NCBI GenBank assembly: GCA_001687465.1
Contig: LVLI01000290.1
Coordinates: 1-64,000 of the forward strand
From: Halocafeteria seosinensis
Lineage: Eukaryota
Direction of reading: 5' to 3'
Length of the DNA: 64,000 bases
The position numbers were made by a program, and so were the translations under genes. Under the pieces are notes generated by a model. That model saw nothing but the letters and a program-made list of their open reading frames with translations. It searched no databases and had not been told where the DNA came from. The stretch's first letter is position 1; each line of letters starts with the position of its first letter. This document shows positions 9,373-22,156 of this stretch, one piece after another.

Positions 9373-12300
9373 ATGGACGGAGACGATAGCAGCAACACTG
9401 CGCCGAATTTTTCACCCGGATACGGCACTCCTCCGCTGGCTCCTCGAAGAGCGCAGTCCAGTGGTAACAAGGATAGACTGTCTACACCGAGTAGTCGAAC
9501 TAGGCCTGGGTCAACAAAGCCAGCAGGCGATACGACGCCGCAGGATGCTCGGAAGAATCCCTCGAGTGGTCTGCGTAATCGTGCAAACACCGGAAATGGA
9601 GTAACAGACGACGTCAGTGTAGGCTCCACCGGCAGACCACGCCGCCACCGGAGATTCAGTAGCGAGTCCGGGTTTCCAGAGGCTTCGACAGGATCAGCGG
9701 CTGCTCGGAACTCAATAGATACACAGACATCTAGCAGACCCGCTTCTACTGGTAGGGGAGGGAGTCATACGCGGAGAAATTCAACGGAGAGTGCGCTCTC
9801 CAGCGTCCTGGGATTCGAAGATGACGACGACGACAATACCGAACGTTCGGTGTCGAGGGCCACAACAGGTCGACGTCAATCAATGTTGCCTCCTCCACCA
9901 CCCCTTCCAGACCAAACTGACGAAGAAATAAATAACGCAGCCGGCAGAGTAAAGGTATTTGTAAGGTTTCGGCCCGATAGCTATGATGAACTGGAGAATG
10001 GGGGTTCTCGGTGCATTAGTATCAACAAAGAAGGAAACACCATCGAACTTGTGTCAAACAACGTTAGCATTGATAGACACCGGTTCACTTTCGACAAGAT
10101 CATGCCTCCTGAAAGTAGCCAACAGACAGTATACGAAGAGGCGGCTCGGCCAATTGTGCAAGGTTTATTTGCTGGGTTCAATGGTGCCGTATTAGCGTAC
10201 GGGCAAACGGCGAGTGGGAAAACATACACGATGGAAGGCACCGACATTACAGATGCCGAACAGATGGGTATCATTCCGCGAATGGTTGAGGATATATTTG
10301 GTTATATTGATCAGTCGGATTCCAACATCCAATTTACAATAAGGGTAAGCATGGTCGAGATTTACTGTGAACACATCCGTGACCTGTTGGACCCCAACGA
10401 GGATAAAGGAGAGCTGAAAATCCACGAGGATAAAACGAAAGGGATCTACATAAGTGGTGCTAGCGAGGCAAATGTAACTTCTCCTGATGGAATTATCGAT
10501 GCTTTGCATCAGGGAAGTAGTAACAGGGCCACTTCATTCACGAGCATGAATGCAGATTCTTCCAGGAGCCATAGCATTTTCATCTTGAGCCTTACACAGA
10601 AAAATGTTGAGGAAATGACTAAGACAACAGCGAAACTGTTTCTTGTCGACCTTGCTGGTTCCGAAAATGTGGAAAAATCCAAGGTTTCGGGCCAAGAATT
10701 GAAAGAAGCCCAAAAGATCAATCAAAGTCTATCAAGTCTAGGGAGCGTTATCAAAGCTTTAACTGAGAAAAAGAAACCAAAGCATATTCCCTACCGGAAC
10801 TCCAAACTAACGAGGGTACTACAGGAAACGTTAGGTGGCAATTCGCGTACGGCGTTAGTGTTGAACTGTAGTCCGAACAGCTACAACCGGGATGAAACCG
10901 TTTCTACGCTCCGATTTGGAAGCAGAGCTAAGAAGTTGGTCAACAAGCCGAAAATTAATCAAGAGTTCTCTGAGACGGAAGCAGCGTTACGTCAAGAAAT
11001 CAGTAGACTGGAAGCACAGGTGCAGCAGTTGCATGAGGAACTTGCAAAGAAGCCTGGTACGGAAGGGAATGAATCTGGGGACGCAACGTTTCTTTCAAAG
11101 GAATTGGAAAGGGAGCAAGAGGCTCGGCAAAAGCTTCAGGAAGAAAAAGACGAGAAAATTCGCGCTTTGAAGGAACATCTAGAAGCTGAAAAACTCGAAA
11201 AGGCAGAGAAAGGAAGGAAGTTGCATACTCTTGAAGAGAATCTACAGGAATTCCAGGATCGAATCGATTCTCGAGAGAAAGAACTGAAAAGGATCCAGGA
11301 GAAATATAACACGGCGAGTCAGAAGGCATCAACTTTAGAATACGCCGTCTATGACATATGCGAGAAAGTTGCCCAGGCTACAAAACCAGTGGCTAGAGTA
11401 GACCCACCGGAATCGCTGAGAGACATTCTCAGTGGCTCCCTTTTTTCAACCCCAGAGACATCGTATACGGATCACATGGGTGTCGTTTTAGAATACCTGC
11501 AGGGCACTCTCCCGGACAATTCCATTGAGAGCATTAGATCTCTTCAGGGTCTTTTGGTATGGGCATATGGACAAATTGATGATTTTATGTTGTGGTTGAA
11601 AAAGAGCAAGTCGCGAAAGAATGAACAGTTGTTACAATCGAACAAGAAGTTGAGGCAGAAAGTGACGAAGTTGAGTAACTTCTTTGAACGTCGATTGGGA
11701 ACGACCCACAAAACTCTCCGGGGGCTTCAAGATGCCAAATTGGATTTAGCCAATGAGTTAGCTTCGGATTTTAGACACATTTCCGAAGATATCAGCAGGA
11801 CGAACTCGAGGATAACCTCTATATTAGGCAATCGGGATAGGCAGATCCTTGCGGAGGTATCGTCGTTGCAAAATGCTTGCTTCTCATTAAGAGAGGACAA
11901 TAGCGAAAGCAAGAAAAGCACTGAAAGGGAACTGAACGAATTGCAAGGCGATTTTGCGCGGTTGGGTGAATATTTGACTCAGTTGGGCTCCAGTTCGAGC
12001 GAAAAGCAGCAAGCATTGAGAAAGGAGCAAACGGAAAAGGAAACCCTGGAACAACAGATTGAGGAACTGCGGGTGACTTTGGCGGAGAAGAATAAAGAAC
12101 TTGAAAAGCGAGAGAGCGAGACCAGCGTTAAGATTGGAGACCTGGAGAACCAACTCCGGGAGGCCACAAATGAGTTCCAACAGACAAGATCCCGCGCTGA
12201 TAGAGCTGAAGAGCAAAACCGTAAATTAAACGAGCAACTGAATGGGAAGAGAAAAGCAGAGGACTCGATGCAAAGCGTGTGTCATCAGCTGCAAGCCCGG

Positions 12301-15300
12301 TCGTCGGAGCTGAAGTCCGCTTATGGCAAACTGAACAGCGATGCAAGTCAATGCTTAGATTTGATGAAGAGTGAACTGGAAGAGACGTTGGGCACGGCAC
12401 TCAGTACGATACAAAAACAGTACCGTACCTCAGAGCGAAAGCTGGAAGAGAAGGAAAGGGAACTAAAACAGAGAGATACGGATGCAAGAAGGACGGAAGA
12501 GGATCTTGCAAATCAGGTGCGGACAATTACAGAGGAGCAACAAGCGGAAGCGCACAAGCTAGCTCAGTCCGAGGAGAACCACGAACGTCTGCGGAAACAG
12601 GTTAATGCTCTTACCGCCGCCGCGAAGCGTTGCAAAGCGAGCTTGTCTACCATATCGGACGAGCACCACTCAATGAAAGATGAACTCGCACTTCAGCTTC
12701 GGTCCAATGAGAGCTTTGTCAATGATACAGTGGCGAAACTACAAGACAAGATTCGAGATCTAGAGGAACGAAATGCAAGTATCAATAAAGAAAGCAGGCG
12801 CATAGAAGAGGACTTATCCCAGAAGGTAAAAGAATACGAGCAAAGGATGTCGGAATACAAAACAAAAGAAGACACGCAGAACCTACGGATCAAGGATCTG
12901 CAAGAGCAAGTAGATTTGAAATGCGCTAAGGCAGAAGACGAACACCGTGAAAAAGTAGAACTGGAACAAATAAAACGGCGCTTATTCCAGCAGAATCGTG
13001 AGTTAAGAACTACAGTTGCTAAGTGTGCCAACGGTCTTTCTGAGATACGGGGTGAAAACCGTAGTTTTCGAAAGCAGTTTGTGGATGAAAAGCTGGCTGT
13101 TACAAACTGCATCGATCGACTTTACTACTTCTCTGGCCAACAGGCTGCACATTTGAGTCGGTCCGAAGCCGAGGTAAAGTCATTGCGTCAGAAGGTAGAT
13201 AACTTAGAGCGACGGTCTGAGGAACTGTATAAGGAACAATATGAGAAACATGTAAGCGCAAGAGAACATTCATTAACCTTGGACTATGAGCTTAAGAATC
13301 AGAAGGAGTATTCCCAGAAGTTGGAGAATCAAGTTAACTCTTTACAAACGGAAAATTCTGAGAAGAATTTCCAGCTGGAAGAGTTGAAAGCGAGTGTTCG
13401 AGAACGAGAAAATGATCTATCGCACGAAAAGTCTTTAAGACAACAGGTAGAAAAACAACTTAAAGAGCAGGAGGAACACTGTGGAAGAATTCGAGAAAGC
13501 ACTCAGAAAATGCAGGAGAAAGTCAAACAACTCGAGGATGAGAATACACGAGAAGCAGAGGAATGCCAGAAAAAGGAAATTGAACTAAACAGCTTAAAAG
13601 AAAGGGTTAGACTTCTTAACGAACAAACTGCTATGTCGGAGGAGGACCGACGGACATTAGCCCAGCAAGTTATGGCGGAGCGTTCGTGCCGGAAGAACAC
13701 CGAAGCAAACCTTGAGGAACTCAACAATGACTTCCAATCCTGCCAAACAACCATCGCATCGCAAAACAAAGAGCTTCAATCCTGGCAATCTGAAATTTCT
13801 CAGCTGAAAGAGCAATTGGATGTTGAGAGAAAGTCTAAAGAGGACACAGTCGAAAATCTAGAGCAATCTATCAAGTGCACTGAGGAGGAGTTGCGAGGGG
13901 TGACGAAACAGAATCAGAGTATCACAGAAGAAAACGAACAGCTTTACCAGAAGCTCTCGGAAATAAAGAAGGACCGAGAACAGATCTCCGGAGAAGTTCG
14001 TTCCTACCGAACACGTTTAGAGGAAAGCAAGGAGCAGAAGAGTATGATAGAGGAAGATCGAAGATGCTTACGTCTTCTCGTCGACTTCTTACGCCAAAGT
14101 GAGAGGTCGCTCAAGGAAGATTTGAATGCTACGTCGGACCAAGTCCTCAACCGTGAAGGGCAGATAACGGAACTTCGTGAAAGCAACTCTCAGCTCAAAG
14201 AAGAGATAGACGATTCTCAAAAAGAGCAGCAGCGATTGACGAAGTCTTATGAGGAAAGGGTACAATGTCTGCAGAATGATTATGAAGAAAGAGAAACCTC
14301 CCTGGAGAAACAGCTTGAAGAGAAGCAGACTGAAGTGGCTCAGCTGCAGGATTCTCATAATGCCACGCAAACGGAGATGCAGAGGCTACGGGAACAGCAG
14401 ACGGAACAGAGTCGAGCGTTTGAGAGAGTTAGTTTGTGTAGAGAGGACCTACGAGTACAGCTTCTTGATAAATTATCGGCTTTGGAGGAGTACCGAGAGG
14501 TGAATAAGCGACTAAACGACGAAACCTCTAGAACAGCTGGCTTGCTGGAGGAGAAAACCAACAGTGTGTCTGAAATAGAAGAGTTGCTAAAGACAAAGGA
14601 GGAGAAGATACAGCAGCTTCAGGCCAGAATCAAAGCATTGCAAACCCAATACAACCAGAAAGCTTCCCAATTGGAAGGTGTTAGTAACGAGTTGTCCTGC
14701 TTAGAAGGCTCGTACAAAAAGGAGCAAGAGTGCAATGAGGAACTTCGCACTAAAGTTAACGATCTCCAGCAACAGATTGACAGCCATCAAGACCAAGTAG
14801 CGGAATTAAAGAGAATTAGCCGGAAGGTAGCTCAACTCATTTATGGCCACGAAGATCCTGAGTATGCTACTCTTTCCCCAGAAGCGTTGGTAGAGTCCTT
14901 CCAAGCTCTTATCACCCAGGTTGAAAGTCAATCCTTAGTCGTGGAGGATCATAAAGACAAGCTTCAGTCTTTGGACGAAGAGATCAGCAGTTACAAAGAA
15001 GAAAATAAGAAACTGCAAGAGGATCTGGCTAACCGTGTGAACGAGGTCGTGCGGTTGCAGATGCTCTTGAAAACCGGTACGATAGATGAATCTCAACTGC
15101 CCCCATCCAGCAACGGAGGTGCTGTTCAGAAAGGGACTCTGAAGGAACTTCAGGAGGCGCGTGCTGAAGTTTCAGATCTTAATCTTAAAAATGATGATTT
15201 ACGGAGGCAAGTTAAGCGCTTAGAAAAGCAATTAGAGGAATCAAAACACCGATTGTCGAACTCGTCCCGGCGCCTAGGACAGAACAATGCGAGTGGAACC

Positions 15301-15348
15301 ACGGACACTCATGAACAGGTTATATGGGGCGGAAAGCGACACAAATGA
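9373..15348 (+). CDS. Kinesin heavy-chain-like motor (kinesin-1-like motor domain) with very long coiled coil, 1991 aa, single exon
   Basis: P-loop GQTASGKT, switch I NADSSRSH, switch II DLAGSE, HIPYRNSKLTRVLQ; about 1400 aa of heptad-rich tail. Confidence 0.95.
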   Translation: MDGDDSSNTAPNFSPGYGTPPLAPRRAQSSGNKDRLSTPSSRTRPGSTKPAGDTTPQDARKNPSSGLRNRANTGNGVTDDVSVGSTGRPRRHRRFSSESGFPEASTGSAAARNSIDTQTSSRPASTGRGGSHTRRNSTESALSSVLGFEDDDDDNTERSVSRATTGRRQSMLPPPPPLPDQTDEEINNAAGRVKVFVRFRPDSYDELENGGSRCISINKEGNTIELVSNNVSIDRHRFTFDKIMPPESSQQTVYEEAARPIVQGLFAGFNGAVLAYGQTASGKTYTMEGTDITDAEQMGIIPRMVEDIFGYIDQSDSNIQFTIRVSMVEIYCEHIRDLLDPNEDKGELKIHEDKTKGIYISGASEANVTSPDGIIDALHQGSSNRATSFTSMNADSSRSHSIFILSLTQKNVEEMTKTTAKLFLVDLAGSENVEKSKVSGQELKEAQKINQSLSSLGSVIKALTEKKKPKHIPYRNSKLTRVLQETLGGNSRTALVLNCSPNSYNRDETVSTLRFGSRAKKLVNKPKINQEFSETEAALRQEISRLEAQVQQLHEELAKKPGTEGNESGDATFLSKELEREQEARQKLQEEKDEKIRALKEHLEAEKLEKAEKGRKLHTLEENLQEFQDRIDSREKELKRIQEKYNTASQKASTLEYAVYDICEKVAQATKPVARVDPPESLRDILSGSLFSTPETSYTDHMGVVLEYLQGTLPDNSIESIRSLQGLLVWAYGQIDDFMLWLKKSKSRKNEQLLQSNKKLRQKVTKLSNFFERRLGTTHKTLRGLQDAKLDLANELASDFRHISEDISRTNSRITSILGNRDRQILAEVSSLQNACFSLREDNSESKKSTERELNELQGDFARLGEYLTQLGSSSSEKQQALRKEQTEKETLEQQIEELRVTLAEKNKELEKRESETSVKIGDLENQLREATNEFQQTRSRADRAEEQNRKLNEQLNGKRKAEDSMQSVCHQLQARSSELKSAYGKLNSDASQCLDLMKSELEETLGTALSTIQKQYRTSERKLEEKERELKQRDTDARRTEEDLANQVRTITEEQQAEAHKLAQSEENHERLRKQVNALTAAAKRCKASLSTISDEHHSMKDELALQLRSNESFVNDTVAKLQDKIRDLEERNASINKESRRIEEDLSQKVKEYEQRMSEYKTKEDTQNLRIKDLQEQVDLKCAKAEDEHREKVELEQIKRRLFQQNRELRTTVAKCANGLSEIRGENRSFRKQFVDEKLAVTNCIDRLYYFSGQQAAHLSRSEAEVKSLRQKVDNLERRSEELYKEQYEKHVSAREHSLTLDYELKNQKEYSQKLENQVNSLQTENSEKNFQLEELKASVRERENDLSHEKSLRQQVEKQLKEQEEHCGRIRESTQKMQEKVKQLEDENTREAEECQKKEIELNSLKERVRLLNEQTAMSEEDRRTLAQQVMAERSCRKNTEANLEELNNDFQSCQTTIASQNKELQSWQSEISQLKEQLDVERKSKEDTVENLEQSIKCTEEELRGVTKQNQSITEENEQLYQKLSEIKKDREQISGEVRSYRTRLEESKEQKSMIEEDRRCLRLLVDFLRQSERSLKEDLNATSDQVLNREGQITELRESNSQLKEEIDDSQKEQQRLTKSYEERVQCLQNDYEERETSLEKQLEEKQTEVAQLQDSHNATQTEMQRLREQQTEQSRAFERVSLCREDLRVQLLDKLSALEEYREVNKRLNDETSRTAGLLEEKTNSVSEIEELLKTKEEKIQQLQARIKALQTQYNQKASQLEGVSNELSCLEGSYKKEQECNEELRTKVNDLQQQIDSHQDQVAELKRISRKVAQLIYGHEDPEYATLSPEALVESFQALITQVESQSLVVEDHKDKLQSLDEEISSYKEENKKLQEDLANRVNEVVRLQMLLKTGTIDESQLPPSSNGGAVQKGTLKELQEARAEVSDLNLKNDDLRRQVKRLEKQLEESKHRLSNSSRRLGQNNASGTTDTHEQVIWGGKRHK

Positions 15349-15539
15349 TGTCACATCCCAGAATGGTTTGTGTCACACCAAACGTTCGTGTACTTCTTAA
15401 TGCAGCCGACACATGCACTTTATACCACTAGTTGTTAGTTATTTCGCATTATTTGACTAAGCTATACTAAAATATCAATGGAAAAAGTGGTCGAGTTAAG
15501 AGAAAAGGCTTCAAATTACTGCTACACAATCTCAATCAT

Positions 15540-18500
15540 TTACTGAAACGTTTCACTGATTTGATTAGAAGCAGCTTCCAATTGCCGCTTCAAGTCACTC
15601 CGGGAAGTATCAAGCTGTGCCCACTCCCGTGAGTACCTTATCGCATAACTCCCATAAGCTGTTGAGCATACTCTTTCTCGGTGTCGATCAATTAGCAAAT
15701 GCGCAGACAGGTCCGACGCGATGGCCAGGCAGACGAAACTGCATTTACAGCTCCATGACCGATGGTACGCCGAGAGGAAATGCGAATATGTTGTGGGCAG
15801 AAAACACGTAGACATTGTAGCCTCCTTTACACCACTCAGCTCTCGGGCCAAGGCGAATATTTTGTCGACATCTGCCTGCCCGAAAAATGCTGCGCGTGGT
15901 TGATCCGGTAAGCCGCTGCGATCGACTTCTTCCTGTTTGGCGCTAATCAAGAAAGAAATGTAAGTTCCAACACATCTACAGAACTTCATCATGCAGTGTT
16001 GTGATCGTTCTGGAGCCAGTCTTTCCAAACCAATCATATACTCCACCCATTGGTGAAAATCCATGTGCCCGGATACTCCACGAAAATTAGGCAGTACTTC
16101 AGCCGGTTCGGAAGCATTCTTGTTCACTTGATGCTTTTCAAGGAACCGCAGGATGGCATCCCCAGATTCGCGTCGAACGAACACTCTAGCAAGGATTTGT
16201 TCGACGAAGGAACAAACTGATAACATAAGATCTGGGGCAACTGCATTTATTAACAGCGACCCGGCCTCATTATACATTTGAGTCTCTAAACAGCAACGTA
16301 TACCGCAAATCGAAAGGCTACCGGGGGAGATTTGTCTGATATCTCCTGTTGAGAGATCAAACAAATATCTGTGCGCTAAAGCTTTCTTCCATACAACTGG
16401 TGACAAACCAATGTCTTGAAAAAACTGTATATGGTTTTGAAGCCACTGATCGGAAATACTACGAACGGTCGGCATGTGCTTCGATATGATATCTTCAGCA
16501 AGCTCCTGTAGTTGTGCTACCGTAGAATGGTCGGATTCTCGGGTAGGTCGTCCAAGCTGATGTATAGAATTCATTACAACATACACACCCCATTCCCATC
16601 TACCCGCCATGCAAGCAGTTTCAATGAGGGTCAAGGCCGTTCTCAGTCGCTGCTGAGGGTGAGCGGCTGCGTCACGCTCGTCACACAGCCCTTCAAGCAA
16701 CTCACTTACAAACCATGGGATGGTGCTATCCATTACAAACGGTGTTATGCTAGAGGGGTCCAAAAAGATGCTAGAAGTCGGATCATGGCAGGCCACTGAC
16801 AGTAAGGAGAGGATCATATCCCTTCTCCTGTCCTTTTCAGCGACAGCACCCACAGAGCGGTAAGCAGCGATCGGAGATTCGCCCACATCAACGATGTCTT
16901 GTCGACTCCGGATATCTCTGTAGGAGTTACTCTCTTCCGTGTAGGTAATCGGATTGGCGCACACCACTACGGATCGATCAATTGTGAGTTGTTCGTACCA
17001 CGGCACAGCAGTGCCTGCATTATCGTTCTCCATCGATACAAAGTAACGATCATAAGCATCCCTTAGAGAAGTGCTGCCATAGCCGTCGTATGCCAGCTCC
17101 AGGAGAAATGCAACAAGCCATGGATACCGCTTCATTTCTACTATGTCTTCGCTCGGCCTTCCAGCCAATAGAGCATAAATTTTGAGCAATTCTGTATCTA
17201 TGAACCCTTGCTGCATCTCAGTATAGCTTCTAGTATCCGCTACCCATTGCTCATATTGCGAATGAAGCAGGTCGATCTCTTCCAAGTCCGTCCCTGCCTG
17301 AGATATTAGAGCCGCCAGCCGAAAACACCCACTTTCTTCCGACAGTCTAACCGCGGTTTCGATGTCGTACCTTAACAGCGCGTAAAAAATGTCGGAATAA
17401 CGAGACCGACTCGTGCTTCCTCGGCGAATGCGGCCCAACTCGAGATCCTCTGATAGCACGGCTGCGAACCATGAAAGAAGGAAGAGTCGGCGATACTGTT
17501 CCCTATCCCAAACCTCGTAATTCTCGTATTCTAAGCTCTTTTTCCCTGTCTTCTCGAGGGACGTTGTTGCTTGAGGTGCTCCAGCTTTGTTTGTGTGGAT
17601 GGTCCAGCAGGTAACCCCGTGAGACCCCAGGGATTCTTCCACGCATTCAGACAACGGAAGACTCTCCCATGGGTCAACTTGCGATCCCCACAAAACATTG
17701 ATGAGGGACAACACACGCGTCACCTGTCGGAGATATTCCATGTCGAACAACGTAGACACGCTGGATCTTGAGGTTGAGCTAGCAACGTCGGCCGAGTGTT
17801 GCGTTTTCATAGCCGCAAAAATTCTGCTTAGGGCGTGAAGACAACTATGTACGCCACCCACGCAACGCTCGTAATCAGTCTCAACAGTGGGCGTCCAGGT
17901 GAACATCTTTGCTTCCTGGCTCATTGAAGGTAGGAGATCATCAAATGGAGCACTGGAGGCTTTATAAACGCTAGTATCGTACTGGTCGACCTCGCGAAGG
18001 AAAGATCGATGGATGCGCAAAAACGGTAACACCAGCGTATTGAAACAAGCCAATGTTGCAGCCATACTTTCGTCAGGGCTTATATCATCATTAGAAACCC
18101 CTTGAACTGTCCGTTCCAAATTCCAAGGGCAAACCTTCTCAACATGAATCCTGCTCTTCTCCAGACGGGGTAGTCGATCGCCATTCGTCGGACGGCCAAT
18201 AGGTTTGCCCAGATTGGCAATCATGCCAAATGGCCCAAAGCCTACACGGAATGAACGACGCATAAATAGCGCCGGATCGGGCTTCAAAGAAGGAAGTGCA
18301 ATCGGTCGTACAACCCGCGATTTCAATTTTTCACTAGCAATGGACCATTTTCCCAGCCTATCCACACCAACCAGTCCTCGTAACGTGGAGGCAAAATTGT
18401 CACGATATCTTCCCTCTTTATGTGCTAGCCATACACCGTCCACGAGATCATCAAGTGGATATTCTGCGTTGGTGTCCCCTGAGTGTGCCACCAGTCGCGA

Positions 18501-21500
18501 AATCCAGGGGGAAGGACGCTCACTGACGACGAATTCTGGTTGATCCGACGCATAAGCATTCTGGAGAAACTCGTCAGAATGCCGGGAAGTTTGAACTTCA
18601 TCAATAGGAGTCAAGGAGGAAACGAATTGCTGCTCAACTGGATGAGAAGTTCCTGGAGTTTCTTGAGTCGTAGTGAGGGCAGGAGCTCGTGAAACAGCTG
18701 CACTGCTTTCTTCAGCAGAATTATGTTGCTTGGAATCCTCATTGGGTGCCTTTTTCCTACTCTTAAGTCTGCTTGTACCCCATCGCGAGAAATGCTGCAC
18801 TTTGAAAGTCCATGAACCCCGTTCAGTATCGTAACTTATGTGCTCCGCTCCACTCATCGCGGGATCAGTCTCGCAGTACGCTCGGAGTTCCTCAGCATAA
18901 TTTCTCTTTTCCTCTTCGCTGGCGTTCTGATCATCATCAGGCCATTCATTCTCAAGAGTGATTTCACTTGGCTTATTTAACTCTTCTCCAATCGAAGGTC
19001 TTTTATATTCCGGCAAGTTCTCGTATACAGCTACTTCGGAACGCTCGATGGTTACCAAAAACGCTAAGTCCAGACCTCTAATGTCCGTAGTACCCAGGAA
19101 TTTGATCTTCCCATAGTTCCTTCTACCGACAACAAAATCTCTCACATGGGACAAACGTCGAATAGGCATTTCTATAAGCTCTTCAATAGATGGATTTTCA
19201 GTATAATAACCTTCTTCCAGCGCAGGAAGCTTTGGCAGAGCGGGCTCCTTTTGTCTTCGTTTCTCGTATCGATCCACTAAGCTCGCTAGCACACGGTGAA
19301 CAGCTCCACCTCCAGGTACAGAGTTTCCTTTTCCATTGTCCTGCTGTTTCAGGAAAGAACCATGATCATCTGAATCCTTGGGAGAGGCTGATCCAGACTC
19401 TGATAACGGGGGCTGCCCTCCACTGGATTTGACTTGTTCAGGAGCATAAGAATCGAAGGTCACCAAAACTGTTGACAAATCGGTGATTTGCTCAGGTAAG
19501 TCTTCGTTGTCCCGGCCTCTAATTATCAATCCGTCAACAACAATAACAAGCTTGCTGCGGTCCAGTATAGGCTTGTCCTGGGCAACTGCACTATCTTCAC
19601 TCAGGTAATGCTTCTGGAGATATTGAAAATGCTCGTCCCATTTGTCGACTATAGCCTGTTTCAATTCCCCGATGGTTGACTTCTCTACGACATTCCAAAG
19701 TGTGATAGGTGTCTTATGAATATCCGTGCTCGGATAGTTGACAAGACTGCGAATAGAGTCTACACTCTTTTTACTGATTCCTAGAGTTTGCACATCGCGC
19801 TCCCGAGGCGCCGGAACCGGTGCCCCAGTTGTAAAGAAGGACCAAGCGGGAACCTCTGCGGCGACACGAATGAATCCAAAATTGATCCTCGATGGGTTCG
19901 GACATTCGTGATTCAGGGAAGGGGTTTCCGTTGCTTCTACACCGTTTCCACTCTTCTCTTGAATTGCTTCAGTATAGATGTCACCAAGGTTAGTTACAGA
20001 GGGAGAAAACTGACGTGTTGTTGTTCCGTAAGATGCCGAACGACCAAATGACTTGTCCCTAGAGTAAGAACGTTCCGAAAAATGGCTACGAGAACGCTGA
20101 AGACTTTGATCCCTGTTCAAATCTAGTCTCATTGAAGATCGATCATCACGATCACCAACGGTTTCTTCACCAAGGTACCGATGTGCATTCCTTTCGTGGG
20201 GCTCGTGGGCAGTAGTATCGTCGTTCTCCAATGGCTCCTCCTCTTTTTGGCGCGGCCGAGAGCGAAATCCGCGAGGACGACTGCGCACCTTAATACGAGG
20301 TGTTGTCGCTAGTGGAGGAGAAGGTGGGGCATAGCTAGCAAACGTGGAAAGGGAGGAGGGGGTACGTTCCGCTGAAAGTTTTGACCAAATATTCGATGCT
20401 TCCTGCTTCAGTGAGTTACCGTCGCTTCTTACGACCTGCTGGTTAGGAGGTGCATTCGTTCCCTGCGAAATGGCTGAGCTACGTTGCACAGGCCATTGCA
20501 TTTGCGCCTGACCGCTGGCAGGTTGAGCTACAGTCGGTGATACCCCTAACGCGAATTGGCTACCTCCCCCCAATTGGTTGTTGCTGGCTGTTGTCCACGG
20601 CGCATTTGTACTCATTTGTGATGGTGGAACACTAGACGATAGGCCACTAGCGCCAGCGCTTTGTCCGAACAGAGCGCTACCAAATCCACTACCTCCACCA
20701 GAGGACACTGATCCGAACAGCGTTGGTTGTTGCTTACCTGCGAATCCGGAGGATGCATTAGCGCCGCCAAACAAACCCCCACTGTTCACTGACGGATTTG
20801 AAAACCCAATGCCACCTCCCATGGGAGCAGACGACGTTGCTCCAAACTGCATCCCTGCAGATTGAACAGGGGCTCCCATAGAGCCTAATCCCCCTGAACC
20901 AAAGCCGGTGGTCTGTGACGTAGAGAGCCCGCTGCTACCTCCAAACAATGAACCCGGGGCCCCGAGGGTGTTAGTTTGGGAACCAAATAATCCACCGGAT
21001 GTATTCGTATTGTTGCTTGTTTGCTGAGAGAACAGACCTCCTCCTGACGCAGGAGCCTGTGCGGAAAATGCAGAAGTCGAAGCCGGTTGACCAAAGAGTC
21101 CTGAGGATTGAAAACCCTTATTTTGCGGTTGACTGCTGGCACCGAACAAGCCTCCACCAAAGCTACTAGTGGAACCTCCATTTGCAGTGCTTCCAAACAA
21201 GCCCCCTGTATTTGAAGACTGCCCAAAGCCGCTTGACATCGGAGCGCTAATCCCAGAACCACCAAACAGACCACCAGAACTATTCGCTTGAGAAGCACCC
21301 ATTCCGGGAGCCTGTAATCCTTGAGTAGACTGGGTGCTAGTTAGTCGGGTCTTACCTCCCTTACTCGCCTGAACATAGTCCTCTAGTCGAAGCTGCTCAA
21401 GGGGTTTGTCCGCGAAGTTTTCAGCCGCAGATATAACAACATAGGACTTGCCTGTGGCCGTTCCACGGTTATCGGTTTCCTGCAGAGGCTTGTACTGGGC

Positions 21501-22156
21501 GTTCAACGTGCCACTCGCAGCTTGAGGCTGTTGTTGTGATCCGAATTGCCCCATACTACTATTTGCTGTAGAGTTAATTCCGAAGGTACTCCCACCCTGA
21601 CTCAGCCCCCCACCGAGGGCACCCTGATTGCCAAATAACCCTGTTCCCGCTCCGCCACCGAATGGAGCTTGATTTTGTTGAGGCTGTGGTTGTGAGCTTC
21701 CAAAAAGTCCTCCACCCGCTGCTCCGGCAGACCCAAACAGCCCTCCTCCACTACTTGAAGCTGATGAAGTGGGGGCACCAAACATACCTCCACCGCCTCC
21801 GCCAAATCCAAGGCCACTGCCTTGCTGTGTTTGCTGACTTTGACCACCGAACAATCCTCCACTCCCTGTGTTTCCTCCGAATAAATTACCTGGAGCAAGC
21901 AAAAACCAGAAAATTGAAGTGAAACCCCTGGAGAACATCAATTCGTGGGCTTACCTCCACTTTGCTGCTGCTGCGGTTGTTGCTGTCCGAATGGTGCTCC
22001 TCCACCGGAACCGAAGAGTCCTCCGCCACCGGTCGGATTTGGGTTTGACTGACCAAAGAGGCCGCCTCCTTGTTGCTGAGGTTGTTGTCCAAACGGTGTC
22101 GATGTATTCATGCCCCCGCCTCCCCCAAACAGTCCTCCTCCACTACGGTTGAACAT
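15540..22156 (-). CDS. NUP98: Nuclear pore complex Nup98-Nup96 precursor; intron 21890-21954
   Basis: GLFG/FG repeats, GLEBS-like segment (KPLEQLRLEDY), autoproteolytic domain ending WTFKVQHF|S, Nup96 region (FMRRSFRVGFGP; FRLAALISQAG). Confidence 0.95.

Noticed and set aside
9981..21922. Many antisense and alternate-frame ORFs over the kinesin and NUP98 genes
   Set aside because: Shadow ORFs of long coding sequences.
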